DNA of 56,925 nucleotides, filler included, from Squatina squatina (lineage: Eukaryota), in the NCBI GenBank assembly GCA_031763465.1. It is 3 parts of 3 records of this genome, joined end to end, with 100 filler letters (N's around TTAATTAATTAA, not from the genome) between each part and the next. Parts side by side here need not be neighbours in the genome. Positions count along the whole stretch, not along the records: positions 17,879 to 31,187 come from JARFOE010895700.1; positions 31,288 to 56,925 come from JARFOE010000234.1; 1 more part is not named here. One strand, 5' to 3'. Positions 24,639 to 36,340 of the stretch are shown one piece after another. A program made the position numbers and the translations under genes. Every line of letters begins with the position of its first letter. Within the stretch, counting starts at the first letter, position 1. The notes beneath the pieces were generated by a model that saw only the letters and a program-made list of their open reading frames with translations, was not told the origin of the DNA and made no database searches.

Positions 24639-25093
24639 GGGCCTCCTTCTGTTCTTATGTAAGAGGCTCGAATGGCTGAATGGCATCATCCCGTTTCTAT
24701 GTAGCAGCTTCGAGGGGCTGATTTGGCCTAATCCTGTTCCTATATAACAAACATGAGGGGCGGGCATGGGTCTCCTCCTGTTCCTATGTAAAATCATTAA
24801 GGGGCTGAATGAGCTTCCTTATGTTCCTATGTAACAGGCTGAAAAGGGGTCCTCCTGCACCAATGCAACAGACTCGAGGCTGTGAATGGCGTCCTCCTGT
24901 TCCTATGTAACAGACTCAACAGGATGAATGGGTTTCCTCCTGTTCCAATGTAACAGACTCGAGGGTGTGAATGGCGTCCTCCTGTTCCTATGTAACAGTG
25001 TCAACGGGCTGAATGGGTTTCCTCCTGTTCCTATGTAACATGCTTGATAGCGATGAATGCCCCAACTCCTGTTCCTATGCTACAGACTTGAGG
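24639..25093. repeat. Second block (~10 units) of the ~43-bp CR1-tail repeat in opposite orientation
   Basis: Repeated GAATGG..CCTCCTGTTCCTATGTAACAG(A/G)CTCGAGG, the reverse complement of the 19701-23369 unit. Confidence 0.9.
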
Positions 25094-25097
25094 CTCT

Positions 25098-25765
25098 TGC
25101 AGCAGGTAATAGGGAAGGCTAATGGAATGTTGGTTTTCATTTCAATGTGGTTGGAGTATAAAAGTAAGGAAGTCGTATTGCCACTGTACAAGGTACTAGT
25201 GAGACCACCTCTATAGTACTGCAAACAGTTTTGGTCCGCTTATTTAAGGAAAAATATTATTTCACATTGCAGGCGGTTCAGAGAAGGTTTACTGGGATGA
25301 TCCCGGGGATGGAAGAATTGTCCTATAAGGAAAAGTCAAACAGGTTGAGACTCGACTCATTGGAATTTAGAAGAATGAGGGGCCGTCTTATTGAAACCTA
25401 AGATTCTTAGGGGGCTTGACAGGGTAGCTGCTGAGAAGATGGTCCCTCTCATGGCAGAGTCCAGGACCAGAGGATACAGTCTCAGAATAAGCGTGTGCCC
25501 ATTTAAGAATGAGATGAGGAAAAATTTCTTCTCCCAGAAGGTTGTGAATCTTTGCAACTCCTTGCCACAGAGAGCTGTGGGGACTGAGTCCTTGTGTACA
25601 TTTAAGGCTGAGATAGATAGATTTCTATTCAGTGAGGGAATCAGGAGTAATGGGGAAAGGGCAGGAAAGTGGACTTGAGGAATGTTGGATCAGCCATGAC
25701 CCGATCGAATGGTGGAGCAGGTTCAAGGGGCCGAATGGCCTGTTCCGACTTCTTATGGTCTTATG
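25098..25765 (+). mobile_element. CR1 LINE 3' fragment
   Basis: KANGMLVFI, LYKVLVRP, KILRGLDRV, MRKNFFSQKVVNL, FKAEIDRFL; ends GGGCCGAATGGCC...TTCTTATGGTCTTATG. Confidence 0.9.
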
Positions 25766-25774
25766 AACCTTTGC

Positions 25775-26048
25775 TAACATTGGGAGAGCTGTCCCACAGA
25801 CTAGTAAAGTAGCAGTCTGACATAGTCATCCTCACACAACCATAGCTTTCAGCCAATATCCCAAACTTTGCCATCACCATTCCTGGTTAGGTCCTTTCCC
25901 ACTGGCAGACCCTCCAGAGATGGTGGCACCATGGTTTCCAGTCAGGACGGAGTGGCCCTGGGCGTCCTCAACAATGACTCCGGACCCCATGGCTTCAGGT
26001 CAAGCATGGGCGAGCAAACCTCCTGCTAATTGCCACCAACACCCTCCG
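25775..26048 (+). mobile_element. Decayed LINE endonuclease fragment (second family)
   Basis: Reads LGELSHRLVK*QSDIVILT, followed by ITIPG and GG motifs typical of an APE domain start; frameshifted. Confidence 0.6.
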
Positions 26049-26054
26049 TAGTTT

Positions 26055-26682
26055 CAAAAGCATATGGGATCCTGGGCTTCATAAATAGAGGCATAGAATC
26101 CAAAAGCAAGGAAGTTATGATGAACCTTTATAACACACTGGTTCGGCCTCACCTGGAGAATTGTGTCCAATTCTGGGCTCCGCACTTTAGGAAGGATGTC
26201 AATGCATTGTAGATGAAGTGGAAAAGATTTACAAGAATGCTCCCTGGGATAAGGGACTTCAGTTACATGGATAGACTCGAGAAGCTGGGGTTGTTCTCCC
26301 GAGTGCAGAGAAGGTTGAGAGATTTGTTGGAGGTGTTTCCTGATGTGTCCAGACAAAGTAGATGGAGAGAAACTGTTCCCATTGCCGGGAGGGTCGAGAA
26401 CCAGAGCACACAGATTTAATATAATTGGCCTAAGGCGACATGAGGAAAACCTTTTTACGCAGCGAGTGGTTAGGATCTGGAATGCTGTGCCTGAAAGGAT
26501 GGTGGAGGCAGATTTAATCGTAGCTTTCAAAAGGGAATTGGATAAGTACCTGAAGGAAAAAAAAAGCAGGGCTGCGGGCAAAGGGCAGGGGAGTGGGACG
26601 AGCTGAATTGCTGTTGCAGAGAGCTGGCATGGGCTCGACGGGCCAAATGGCCTCCTTCTGTGGTGTAACCATTCTATGATTC
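26055..26682 (+). mobile_element. CR1 LINE 3' fragment
   Basis: KAYGILGFINRGIE, LVRPHLENCVQFWAPHFRKDV, FTQRVVRIWN; ends in the CR1 octamer tail ATTCTATGATTC. Confidence 0.92.
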
Positions 26683-26772
26683 AACCACCACCTTCTCAAG
26701 GACCACTAGAGATGGGCAATCAATGCTGGCCTTGCTAGCAACACCCACATCCCAGGAACAAATAAAATAAAA
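26683..26772 (+). mobile_element. 3' tail of the second LINE family
   Basis: CCACCACCTTCTCAAGG...GATGGGCAATCAATGCTGGCCTTGC...CCCACATCCC followed by an A-rich tail. Confidence 0.7.
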
Positions 26773-27035
26773 GGCCTCGTGGCAGAAGATTTCACGGAAA
26801 TTGGAATATATTTAGCAGATTTTTAATGTTTCTCCGTGTTTGTTATGTTACAAATTGTGCTGTTTACCTGGGAGTAGCTGGTTTGTTTCTGTGTAAAATT
26901 ATTGTTTTTTTCTGATTGGTAAGCTATGCAGCTCTTGAATTATGAATTGTTTACATTTTCTGAATATGATCTAAGAGTGAGTGAAGTGTGAGTGTGACAC
27001 AGACAGTATGATTCCTGACACATGATACAGGAGAT

Positions 27036-27181
27036 ACTGAGGAGAGTCTGGAGTCACTGAGGAGGGTCTGGAGTCACTGAGGAGAGTCTGGAGGTAATGA
27101 GGAGGGTGTGGGGTCATTGAGGAGGGTCTGGACATAATGAGGAGAGTGTGGGGTCACTGAGGAGGGTCAGCAGGTACTGAG
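27036..27181. repeat. 20-bp minisatellite, ~7 copies (ACTGAGGAGRGTSTGGRGTC)
   Basis: TGAGGAG recurs at exact 20-bp spacing from 27038. Confidence 0.92.
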
Positions 27182-27799
27182 ACGCGGTTAGAGTCACATT
27201 ATAATTTAGAGACATGAGGAAGAAGATCCTTTTTAAATACTAGTCGAGTACATTCAGTGGAAAGACATAGTGGGCAGAACGGGTCCACAGACGCACCAGA
27301 ATAACAAGGGGGGAAAGATTCGGTAGGTTAGCGCCTCCGGTTAGTGCCTGCAGAGGGTGGTAACGGGGCTCGGATCCAGTAGCGCCGGGGTGAGACGACG
27401 CTCACTGGGCACCAAATCTGCAAAATTCATTGTCACCACTTACGTTTGCATCTCGACCAGACAGCGACAGGGAGAACAGGCACTCAGCTGCAGGGCGCCG
27501 GCTCCAGGGACGTTATTGAAATGCATCTGCGTTAATCAGGGCAGGTTAGTTTCAGTGGTTTCTTGTCAGTTTCAGTAAGTGGAGCAGTTTGTATGTGTAA
27601 TTTGAAGGTTCTTTATCAGCAGTCTTCTGGCAAGTGCAAAGTAGCTACATTATTGTTCAAAGATTCAAACTGCTACCTCAGTAATATTAATGAGGGCTGT
27701 ACTAGCATGCCACCTCGCCCTCCAGGATCTACTGTGGAGGTAGTGTAGGCAACCAGAAATACGGCAACATGTTTGCAGGGAGATGAGGAGGGACATCAG

Positions 27800-27955
27800 G
27801 GATCTCACCAGGAGGTCTTACCCTCCAAGGGTATTCCAACGCACCTCTCCTGCCTTCAGTTAAGCGAGGAGCAGTGCATTAGATGGCTCCGTGTCAACAA
27901 GGTGGTGGTCGCAGAACTCTGCCACCTCCTGCAAACAGACCTTCAGCTTCACAAC
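27800..27955 (+). mobile_element. PIF/Harbinger transposase N-terminal remnant
   Basis: RSYPPRVF / SCLQLSEEQCIRWLRVNKVVVAELCHLLQTDLQ resembles the HARBI1-like N-terminus; frameshifted. Confidence 0.7.
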
Positions 27956-28457
27956 AGGTTAGACTTAAGCCGCGATATACCTTCCCTGTGTCACGCCATA
28001 TCACAGTGTGTTAATTGGCACAAAATGGGAATGAGAGAGATCAGAGAATATTACAAACTCCATTAATGAATTTATACAAAATCATCATACATATCACATA
28101 CATTCTAGTAACTAATGACCCTTGTGTCTGCCATAGTTGAATAGCTGGCATTGTGTGATAGCTGTGAGATGTGGGTGTGAGTGTTGGTAGGTAGAGATTG
28201 TTGGTGGGTGAGTCCTGGGGATCTGGTGCTTTGGGCAATCTGTGAAACTTGTGGTACAGATGTGGCATTTGTTGAAAGGTTCAGTCATCTGACCACCCAA
28301 CTGAGGTGGTTCTGCCATGAGCACACCTGCTTCAGTCCTCCGGCTCCTTCTCCTTGTTGTGATTCTCCTTGCTGAGGCGGCTGCACAGCCGGACATGCTG
28401 AGAATGAGGTGTTGCAGTATCAATGAACCTCCCCTTTAATTACTGGGAAAAGACTTT

Positions 28458-29230
28458 GGGGCTGAAATTGTCCCTTGCACTGATTGGGGACGGTAAACTT
28501 CCGGGGCAGGGACATTTAGCGCTGGCCCGAGAGTCCCGCCCGTGAGGTGGGATTGGGCCGTACGCATCTCAAAGGAAGCAGGTTGCTGTCTCCGGTGCTC
28601 CTGTTCCTTTGAGGGGTACTCCCGGGGTAGTAGAGCAGCACTGAGTCCAGCACCGCGAGGAGGAGGCCAGCACTATGCAGGAGCTCTGCGGAATTCTAAT
28701 GTACTACAACACCCATCCCCTTCAATTAAAGGGGAGGGCCACTGCACATTCTGCACAGCGCTTTGGTGGCCGCCACTGGGCCACCAGGGACGCGATCGAC
28801 GGGGCCGGCAGCCCCGCACCTGTGGCGACCCAGTCAATGCGAGGGCCGCCATTGTCAGACTGACCCAAGAGTCAGTTGATAAATAACGATGGCGGTCCAG
28901 AGCGCTGAAGGCCTCCCCTTTATGGGTCAGCTTCTCGCCCTGTGAAGCTCATGCTGACATCCGCCGCGCCAGCCTGTGGGGCAAGTTCCCCCACGTGGTT
29001 GGTGTGGGGTGGTGAGGGGTCAGTGCGCACGGCAGTGACATTATTGCTGGTTGTGTGTTGGCCTGGGTCGCTAACCACATGGTGCAGCCCCGCCAGGACA
29101 GCGCTCCCGAAACCCACTGGGCAATTAATGTGAGGCGGTAGTGCCCCCACCCCAGGCGAAAATGTCATTCCGCCTTGTTACACCACCCGGAGGCGCTAAC
29201 AGGGCTATAAAAAGGACAATTTCGATCCCC
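28458..29230. mobile_element. Non-autonomous GC-rich DNA transposon (MITE-like, probably Harbinger) with imperfect TIRs
   Basis: Left GGGGCTGAAATTGTCCCTT; right AAAGGACAATTTCGATCCCC (reverse complement GGGGATCGAAATTGTCCTTT). No clear TSD. Confidence 0.65.
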
Positions 29231-29710
29231 GTGGCGATAGTGAGTTGAGATACTGGACCACACTTTGAGTGTGGACCATTCCCAACCCAAACATTTGAAA
29301 CAACTCAGAGGCTGGTGCTGCACACAAGGACTCTGGCCACTAGCGGTGCCAAAGCTCCAATTGAAATCTGTCCATTTCCGCCTTTCCTGCCACACATTCC
29401 CCAACGTTATCGCGGCTCCGAGATCGAGGCGATCACACACGGTCAGGAATAAAGGTGGCAAGAAGAGGGCAAATACCCAGAAAGGAGATACCAGTCCAAG
29501 GCGATTCATTTCAAAAGAAAGAAACACTGTGCTTCTAAAGCAAAGGAAAATAAAGTGGGATTTATTTTTTAAAATTAGGAATGGGTGGAAGAAATTGGAG
29601 GAAAAGATTTGAATTAAACTCCAGGACACTGGGGCTGAGATTTTCAGTATTTGTACAGATCCGATGAGCCTAAAGTCTATAACAGAACACTGGCTGTGAA
29701 CGGACCCTCT

Positions 29711-30620
29711 GGCCCCGATATTAATGGGAAGGCGGGTTCTGAGCGGGAGGAGGGGGATTGCGTGCACGGAACCCGGAAGTGGAGTCAGTGCTGCGGATTC
29801 TCCGATTTCAGCTTTGATCCAGGCAATAATTTTTCACTTTCGGGTTTGGCGTCTCTGAGCTGCGCAGCAGGCGTAATGCGCACCCGAAAGATGCGATCTC
29901 AGGTCTATTTAAAGGGACAGTGTAGAAATGGGAATTGGGGGAGCCAGGAGGTGTTTACAGTGGATGTTGCCCATAGAGAAAGGGCAGCACCCAGATTCAA
30001 TGACACATCAATGGAATTAATGCAGTCCGGAGCAGGAGGGACGGACTTTTCCCCAACAATGGGAGGAAGCAACTATGGCTCTCACCAGGAATGCGTGGTT
30101 GGACATAGCTGAGGAGGTGAACAACAGGCGTGTTGTGCCCCAGTCTTGGATGCAGTGCAGGAAGCTGTTTAATGACCTAACCAGGTCAGGAAAAGTGAGT
30201 ACAGTTGCTGATTTACCTACATCCTGTAGTTTAAGACCCGCACCCTTCACTCTGTCTTGGAAAGTGTTCTCCATCACATCACTCCTCACACCCACTCAAC
30301 CTTCAGCAGCACCCAGCCTTCACTTTTTATGCATCTCCTCACTTCCCCATGTATCCAGCCACCATTGCCACTCGCGCCAATCCTTACACAGCGAGATGCA
30401 TCCGCCTGAATCTCGCCTTCACTCTCCCACAGTTAAGTTCTTTCACCACTTGTCGGAGAAGAGTGTGCAAAAGGCAGGGAAGAGGAAGTGGACTGTAGGT
30501 GGAACTCCACAAATAGTCCAGCTCACTGATTCAAGAGAAGGTCCTGGAGATAAGAGGCACATCTGCATCCCTCTCAGACAGAGATGGAGAGACAGGGAGC
30601 TCGGAGATAGCTGGTGACGG
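29711..30620 (+). mobile_element. Harbinger-type element end carrying a Myb/SANT-like gene remnant
   Basis: Terminus GGCCCCGATATT. RERAAPRFND...TRNAWLDIAEEVN...SWMQCRKLFNDLTRSGK ends at a GTGAGT donor (30195). Downstream EK...RKWTVGG exon-like piece at ~30455. Confidence 0.7.
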
Positions 30621-30779
30621 AATTACGAATATCTGTGACACTCAAATGCTGACCTTGTTTAATCAGTGATTGCACTATGGGAAGACTGAGTGTGGTGATT
30701 GTCAAGATTGTGCGTTTGCCACAACTGAATCATTTCCATTTATTTGTCTTCCAGGGCCTTCAAGCATGCAGCAAGGGAC

Positions 30780-31187
30780 CTGGCCATTCTCGAATCTACA
30801 ATGGTCCCAGTGGATTGGAAGGTAGCATATGTAACTCCACTATTCAAGAAAGGAGGGAGCATGAAATCATGGAGCTACAGGCCAATGTTATTATATTTGG
30901 AATTCTGAATAAGGTGCCAGAAAATGCTTGTTATGCAAGATAAGGACTCATGGGGTTGGGGGTAATATTTTTGCATGGAGAGGATTGATTAAGAGACAGA
31001 AAAAGGAGAGTAGGGATGAATGGGTAATTTTCAGATTGGCAGGCTGTAACTAGTGGGGTGTGTCAAGGGTCAGTGCTTGGGCATCAGCTATTTACAATCT
31101 ATATTAAGGGCTTAGATGAAGGGACCCCGTGTCATGTATCCACGTTTGCTGATGATACAAAGCTAGGTGGGAAAGTGAGCTGTGAGG
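30780..31187 (+). mobile_element. CR1 LINE RT fragment, internally deleted, cut by the linker
   Basis: [41 protein letters not shown]. Confidence 0.88.
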
Positions 31188-31287
31188 NNNNNNNNNNNNN
31201 NNNNNNNNNNNNNNNNNNNNNNNNNNNNNNNTTAATTAATTAANNNNNNNNNNNNNNNNNNNNNNNNNNNNNNNNNNNNNNNNNNNN
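31188..31287. other. Artificial 100-bp scaffold linker N44-TTAATTAATTAA-N44
   Basis: 12-mer at 31232-31243 with 44 Ns on each side. Confidence 0.95.
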
Positions 31288-31592
31288 ATGAAAATGACTA
31301 TTGCAGAAGTTAATTTATTCTTGAAGTTAGGTGTGAAAATATTTGGCAATTAGTATCTTTTTAATGCATTGAGAAGCCTTTTCTCCATGATGTACCTTGC
31401 AAATATTTATAGGCCAAAACCAAAACAGGAAACAAATGTTTATAAATTGCAACAAAAATATGCTGATGCAATATGACAAGCATACATAACTTTAATTATA
31501 ATATATTGGAGGAAAAATGATATCTTGTGACTCCTGATTTTTTTCAATAACTGAACAATGAATTTCCTATAATCAGCATTTACTCTGCGTCA

Positions 31593-31735
31593 CTACGTTA
31601 TCTTCTTCTTGATACACAAGAGTTCTTTGTGTACATCACTGAAATTTGGTCGGTTTTCTGGTTTGTATTCCCAGCATCTCAGCATTATGTTATAGATTTC
31701 CTCTGGACATTTCTGCGGTGCTGACATCCTGTAAC
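31593..31735 (-). CDS. FER: FER tyrosine kinase, last coding exon
   Basis: CAG acceptor at 31738-31736; [47 protein letters not shown]-stop matches the FER C-terminus. Confidence 0.93.
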
Positions 31736-31764
31736 CTGCAACAGTTTTAAAGCATCTTCTTAAG

Positions 31765-31906
31765 AACGTAACATAAGAAATAGAAGCAGGAGTAGGCCAT
31801 TTGACCCCTCCGCCATTGCTGATCATGGCTGATCCACCTCAACGCCATTTTCCTGCACTGTCTCCATATCCCTTGATGCCTTTAATATCTGGACATCTAT
31901 CAATCT
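31765..31906 (-). mobile_element. CR1 LINE 3' end
   Basis: CATAAGAAATAGAAGCAGGAGTAGGCCATTT...GATCATGGCTGATC; similar to 23371-23530. Confidence 0.85.
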
Positions 31907-32695
31907 NNNNNNNNNNNNNNNNNNNNNNNNNNNNNNNNNNNNNNNNNNNNNNNNNNNNNNNNNNNNNNNNNNNNNNNNNNNNNNNNNNNNNNNNNNNNNN
32001 NNNNNNATTACAAGTTCTTATTTTATTATAATGTTTGTTTCTTTCCTACTTCAACTACAATCCTGTGTCTGGAAGTGGTAGACATGTCACGATGCTGATG
32101 CTGTTCTCGTGTTGGTGGGTAAAAGCAGTGCTCACCTCATTCTAATAGTGAAACCAGAAAAGTGTTGATAGAAGTGGGAATTTAAAAAAAATTAAACGCA
32201 GCTTTGAAGTATGTACCCTTTGGAAGTATGTTCCCTTTTGTGGAAGCTAATAATTGAGAGCAGTGCAGCAAATGTTTGCATAAGAGAAACTGTAAGGATC
32301 TGTGTTATCATCCCTATAGCATTACAGAAAAATAATCTGTGGCTGATTGGGAAATGTGAGGTGAGTGTGTGTTTTAGCACAATACTAAACTCCATTTCCT
32401 CCTGCAGTGATCATGATAGTCAAGCTTGTTTATAACAGAGAAACAGGCCACTTAGCCCAAGTTGCTGTTTATCGTCCATACGAGCAGTAGTCCTAGTTCC
32501 ATGCCCAACCTGCTCAATTTTACCTTTACAAAATTACATACAACATCCACTCCTGGGATGGGATGGGATTTCACATATCTCTTAATTTAGGTTCAAATCT
32601 GCAACACATATATTTTAGCAACTGGCATCAGATGGTCTTCAAAGCAGATTTCTTTCTATATTGTATATGCCCATCTGAGCTTGAAAAGACTTTTA

Positions 32696-33016
<321 letters not shown>

Positions 33017-34044
33017 TTAATTTTTTTGACCTAATAAACAGTACTTAAAAGTGGATAAACCTGAATTTGTCATAAAAATCTAGAGAACACTACATTATCG
33101 GCACTTGAATTTTTTGGGGGGAGTGGAGCAAGATGGGCTAAATGGTCCGTTTTCTTCTCTCAAAGATGCCAACTCTTGCTGGATATGGTTCTTCCCGCAT
33201 AGCATCACCGTCACATGTTCCTGTGCTCATCCAAAATCCATGCCTGGACACCTGTAGCAGGCATGACTGCTTAGCAGGAGCAGGAACCCTGGATGACATT
33301 TTTTCTCCATAGCCTNNNNNNNNNNAATTGTCATACCCCGACTGAGATCAGCTAACTCAGCATGGACATTGTTTCAACCTGTGACCTTATTAGACAGTAC
33401 GGCTCAGTTCCACACATCAGTGCTGATCAACTATGTCATCGGGGATCTCTTCAGCATTTTAAAAAAAACAGATGAATTAATTTATAGATAATGACATGGC
33501 TCACTGACCAAAGTAATGCAAATGCACAGAAGAATTTATAAAGCTGTACAAGGACTGTATGCTGCAAACTGTAGCCTGCTAATTTGAAACTCAAACAATC
33601 ATTTCTTAATTTAGTAAATTTTGTGTTTATTATGCTCCAAACCTTAATTCCAGTAGTCAGTGTTCAGCTTAGTGGAGGAAGTAGGATGAGAGCTGGAAGG
33701 GCTTTCAGAAAATATTTCAAGTGATTTGATTGGTTCTCCTTTTATACTAGTAGAATTTGATGACTGTAGTAGGCTATTCAGCCCCTCGAGCCTGTTCTGC
33801 TATTCAATGATATCAGGAATAGTGTTTCATTGCTAGTTTTTATAGACGTGTTCCTGACCTAATTTATATATTTATATATTTCCGTAGTTGTAATTTGTTG
33901 GCAAAGTGTGAAAATTAGCATAGAACTTTACAGCATAGAGGAAGGTTATTTAGCCCATTGTGTCTGGGCCGGGTTTTTGCTAGAGCAATCTAAAACTAAT
34001 CCTACTGTTCTGCACTCTCCCTGTACGAATGAGAATAACAATAT

Positions 34045-34231
34045 GCAATTATATAGCGCCGTTAACATAGAAAAATGTCCCATGGTGCATCAAAAAAGAA
34101 AATGGAAGCCTAGCAAAAGGTGATATTTGGAGGGGCGACCAAAGCTTGGTCAAATCAGTGGGTTTTAAGGAAGGTCTTAAAGGAAGAAAATGAGGTGGGA
34201 GTTAGCGAGCAAATTCCAGGGCATAGGGATA
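34045..34231 (-). mobile_element. L2-type LINE/SINE 3' end
   Basis: TTATATAGCGCC terminus followed by CCAAAGCTTGGTC...GGTTTTAAGGAAGGTCTTAAAGG; related end at ~52050-52090. Confidence 0.55.
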
Positions 34232-34604
34232 NNNNNNNNNNNNNNNNNNNNNNNNNNNNNNNNNNNNNNNNNNNNNNNNNNNNNNNNNNNNNNNNNNNNN
34301 NNNNNNNNNNNNNNNNNNNNNNNNNNNNNNNCTCAATTGGTGAACACATTTTATGCTGAGATTGTAGGTTCAGTGACAGTGTGATACCAGCCACTTTTCC
34401 GTGGAGCTAATTTTGACCATTATGAGATAACACAAGATTCTCCAATTTTTTCATAGCACAGCTATCAGCAGGAAAACCAAATTTTAAGTGCGCTTGTCAC
34501 ATCCTGCATGATGGTGCGCATCAAAACAAAGCAGGCCCTCTACCGTTTTTGAATTTTAAAAGTTTAAAAATGAAAAACACAGAAATACAAAAAAATTACA
34601 ACAT

Positions 34605-34999
34605 TGAAACAGGCTATTCAGCCTAACTAGTTTGTGTCGTTATTTACCTCCACCTGAGCAAATATTCCTAATCCAGTTCCCATATTCCTTTATCTTCATT
34701 CATCTATACAATCTAACCTTGAATGCTTACACAGTTTCTGCCTCAACCACTAACACTGGAAGTAAATTCGACAGACTCAACTCTCTGTGGAATGAAGTTC
34801 ATCTTACTCTCGGTTCTAAATCTCTTGCAAATAAACTTGTATCTGTGAATGTTTGTTCTGGACCTCTAAACTACTTAAATAGTCTACTTTAACCTACCCT
34901 GTCCTATCCTTTCATAATTTTAAACACTTCCTAGTAATTTGCATTATTATAATGGAAAAGTCCAAATTTTTCAAGACTTTCTTCATACTTGCAATTCCT
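34605..34999 (-). mobile_element. Old, decayed CR1 3' fragment abutting a FER exon
   Basis: Minus strand reads [16 protein letters not shown]...EVFKIMKG, CR1 ORF2-like; 3' motif AACAGGCTATTCAGCC at ~34608. Confidence 0.7.
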
Positions 35000-35091
35000 C
35001 ATACCAGCAGCAGCATCCAAAGACATCTTCACAAGCTGTTTCATTTTCAACTCATCTTTCTTTTTCCTTAAAAATGAAAGGAAATCGCCAC
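35000..35091 (-). CDS. FER: FER kinase exon, 5' part only ([31 protein letters not shown]), truncated
   Basis: TAG acceptor at 35094-35092. FER match stops after AAAGM; the expected YLESKNCIHR and donor are absent. Confidence 0.9.
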
Positions 35092-35590
35092 CTAGACAGA
35101 AAACAAGATATAATCCTATCAATTTAAGGGTTTTTAGAAAGCAATAAACCACACATTTAAGTTTTACACAGAAATTACCACAAATAATAGTCACACTGAA
35201 GAGTAAATCTGGACATTTCAGACCTTCTGCACTCGTCATCAAATCCTTGTTTTATATCCAGGTAATACAGGCAGAAACATCTATAGTCTGGACCTCTCTC
35301 TTAAAAGGTGCCTAGTTTTACATACAACTAAACATCTTTAACTTTCACTTGTTATTTGCTTTACATTGGTCTTCTGGAGTGCACACCATGAAAAGCAACA
35401 AATTCTTTCAGGCACACTATACTTTAAAGAGAGTCTCAGTTCTTATTGAATAAAAGGGTAACAGTATCTTCCGAACAATGATGGTGGCCTGATTCAGTAC
35501 CCAATAAGGGAAATAATTTTTTTTTTATATAAAAGGTGGTCAGTCATAGCTGCCTTCACGATAAAAAAATATACAGGTAGCTAAAACTAC

Positions 35591-36060
35591 GACCCCGATA
35601 TTTACGGGAAGGTGCAGATGAGACCGAAGAACCCGGCAAGGCCGAGGATGTGAGAGATCCTGCCGAACTTAACGGCAGAATCTAATTAACATTTCTTAGC
35701 TCCGTTTCCTGTCCGTCTGCGGGCCAAATGGACGGCAACGGCAGGAATCTGCATTCGGGACCTCGGAGGACAGACCCTGGCAATCGGGGTGACAGAGAGG
35801 CCCGCAATGCACTTACTTACCGTAGGAGGCCCATTTCCCACCTCCGTTTCATGCTGAGTTTCCCGACCTCCGAGAAAGCTGTGCAGCAACAGTAAACTTT
35901 AAATCGGGCTCCCAATTGCACGGTGGGAGCTTCATTCGGGACACTCGGAGGCCCGCCCCCCGTGCGCAGCGGGTTGGGATCGCGTTCCCCGGATTTCACT
36001 CTTTAGACCACCACCCACAACCCTCTCCCGCCCATCGTGCGGGGACTTAATATCAAGGCT
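35591..36060. mobile_element. MITE-like element (Harbinger-type ends)
   Basis: Left GACCCCGATATTTACGGGAAGG resembles 29711 (GGCCCCGATATTAATGGGAAGG); right end TTAATATCAAGGC. GC-rich island in an AT-rich intron. Confidence 0.6.
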
Positions 36061-36149
36061 TATAATTCGAACGTCTGATTCTAACCACATATAAAATGAA
36101 GTACATATGGAAAAGATTACATTGTTTAGGCAAGCAGAGTACTCTCCAA

Positions 36150-36240
36150 GAAACACAGAAGCGAAATACTGCGGATGCTGGAATCTAGAATACAAACAAA
36201 AATTGCTGGAAAAACTCAGCATGTCAGCAGCATCTGTGGA
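36150..36240. mobile_element. Penelope-like terminal repeat fragment, cut by a gap
   Basis: AAATACTGCGGATGCTGGAATCT...TGCTGGAAAAACTCAGC..GTCAGCAGCATCTGTGGA resembles an abundant chondrichthyan repeat terminus; family assignment from recall. Confidence 0.5.
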
Positions 36241-36340
36241 NNNNNNNNNNNNNNNNNNNNNNNNNNNNNNNNNNNNNNNNNNNNNNNNNNNNNNNNNNNN
36301 NNNNNNNNNNNNNNNNNNNNNNNNNNNNNNNNNNNNNNNN

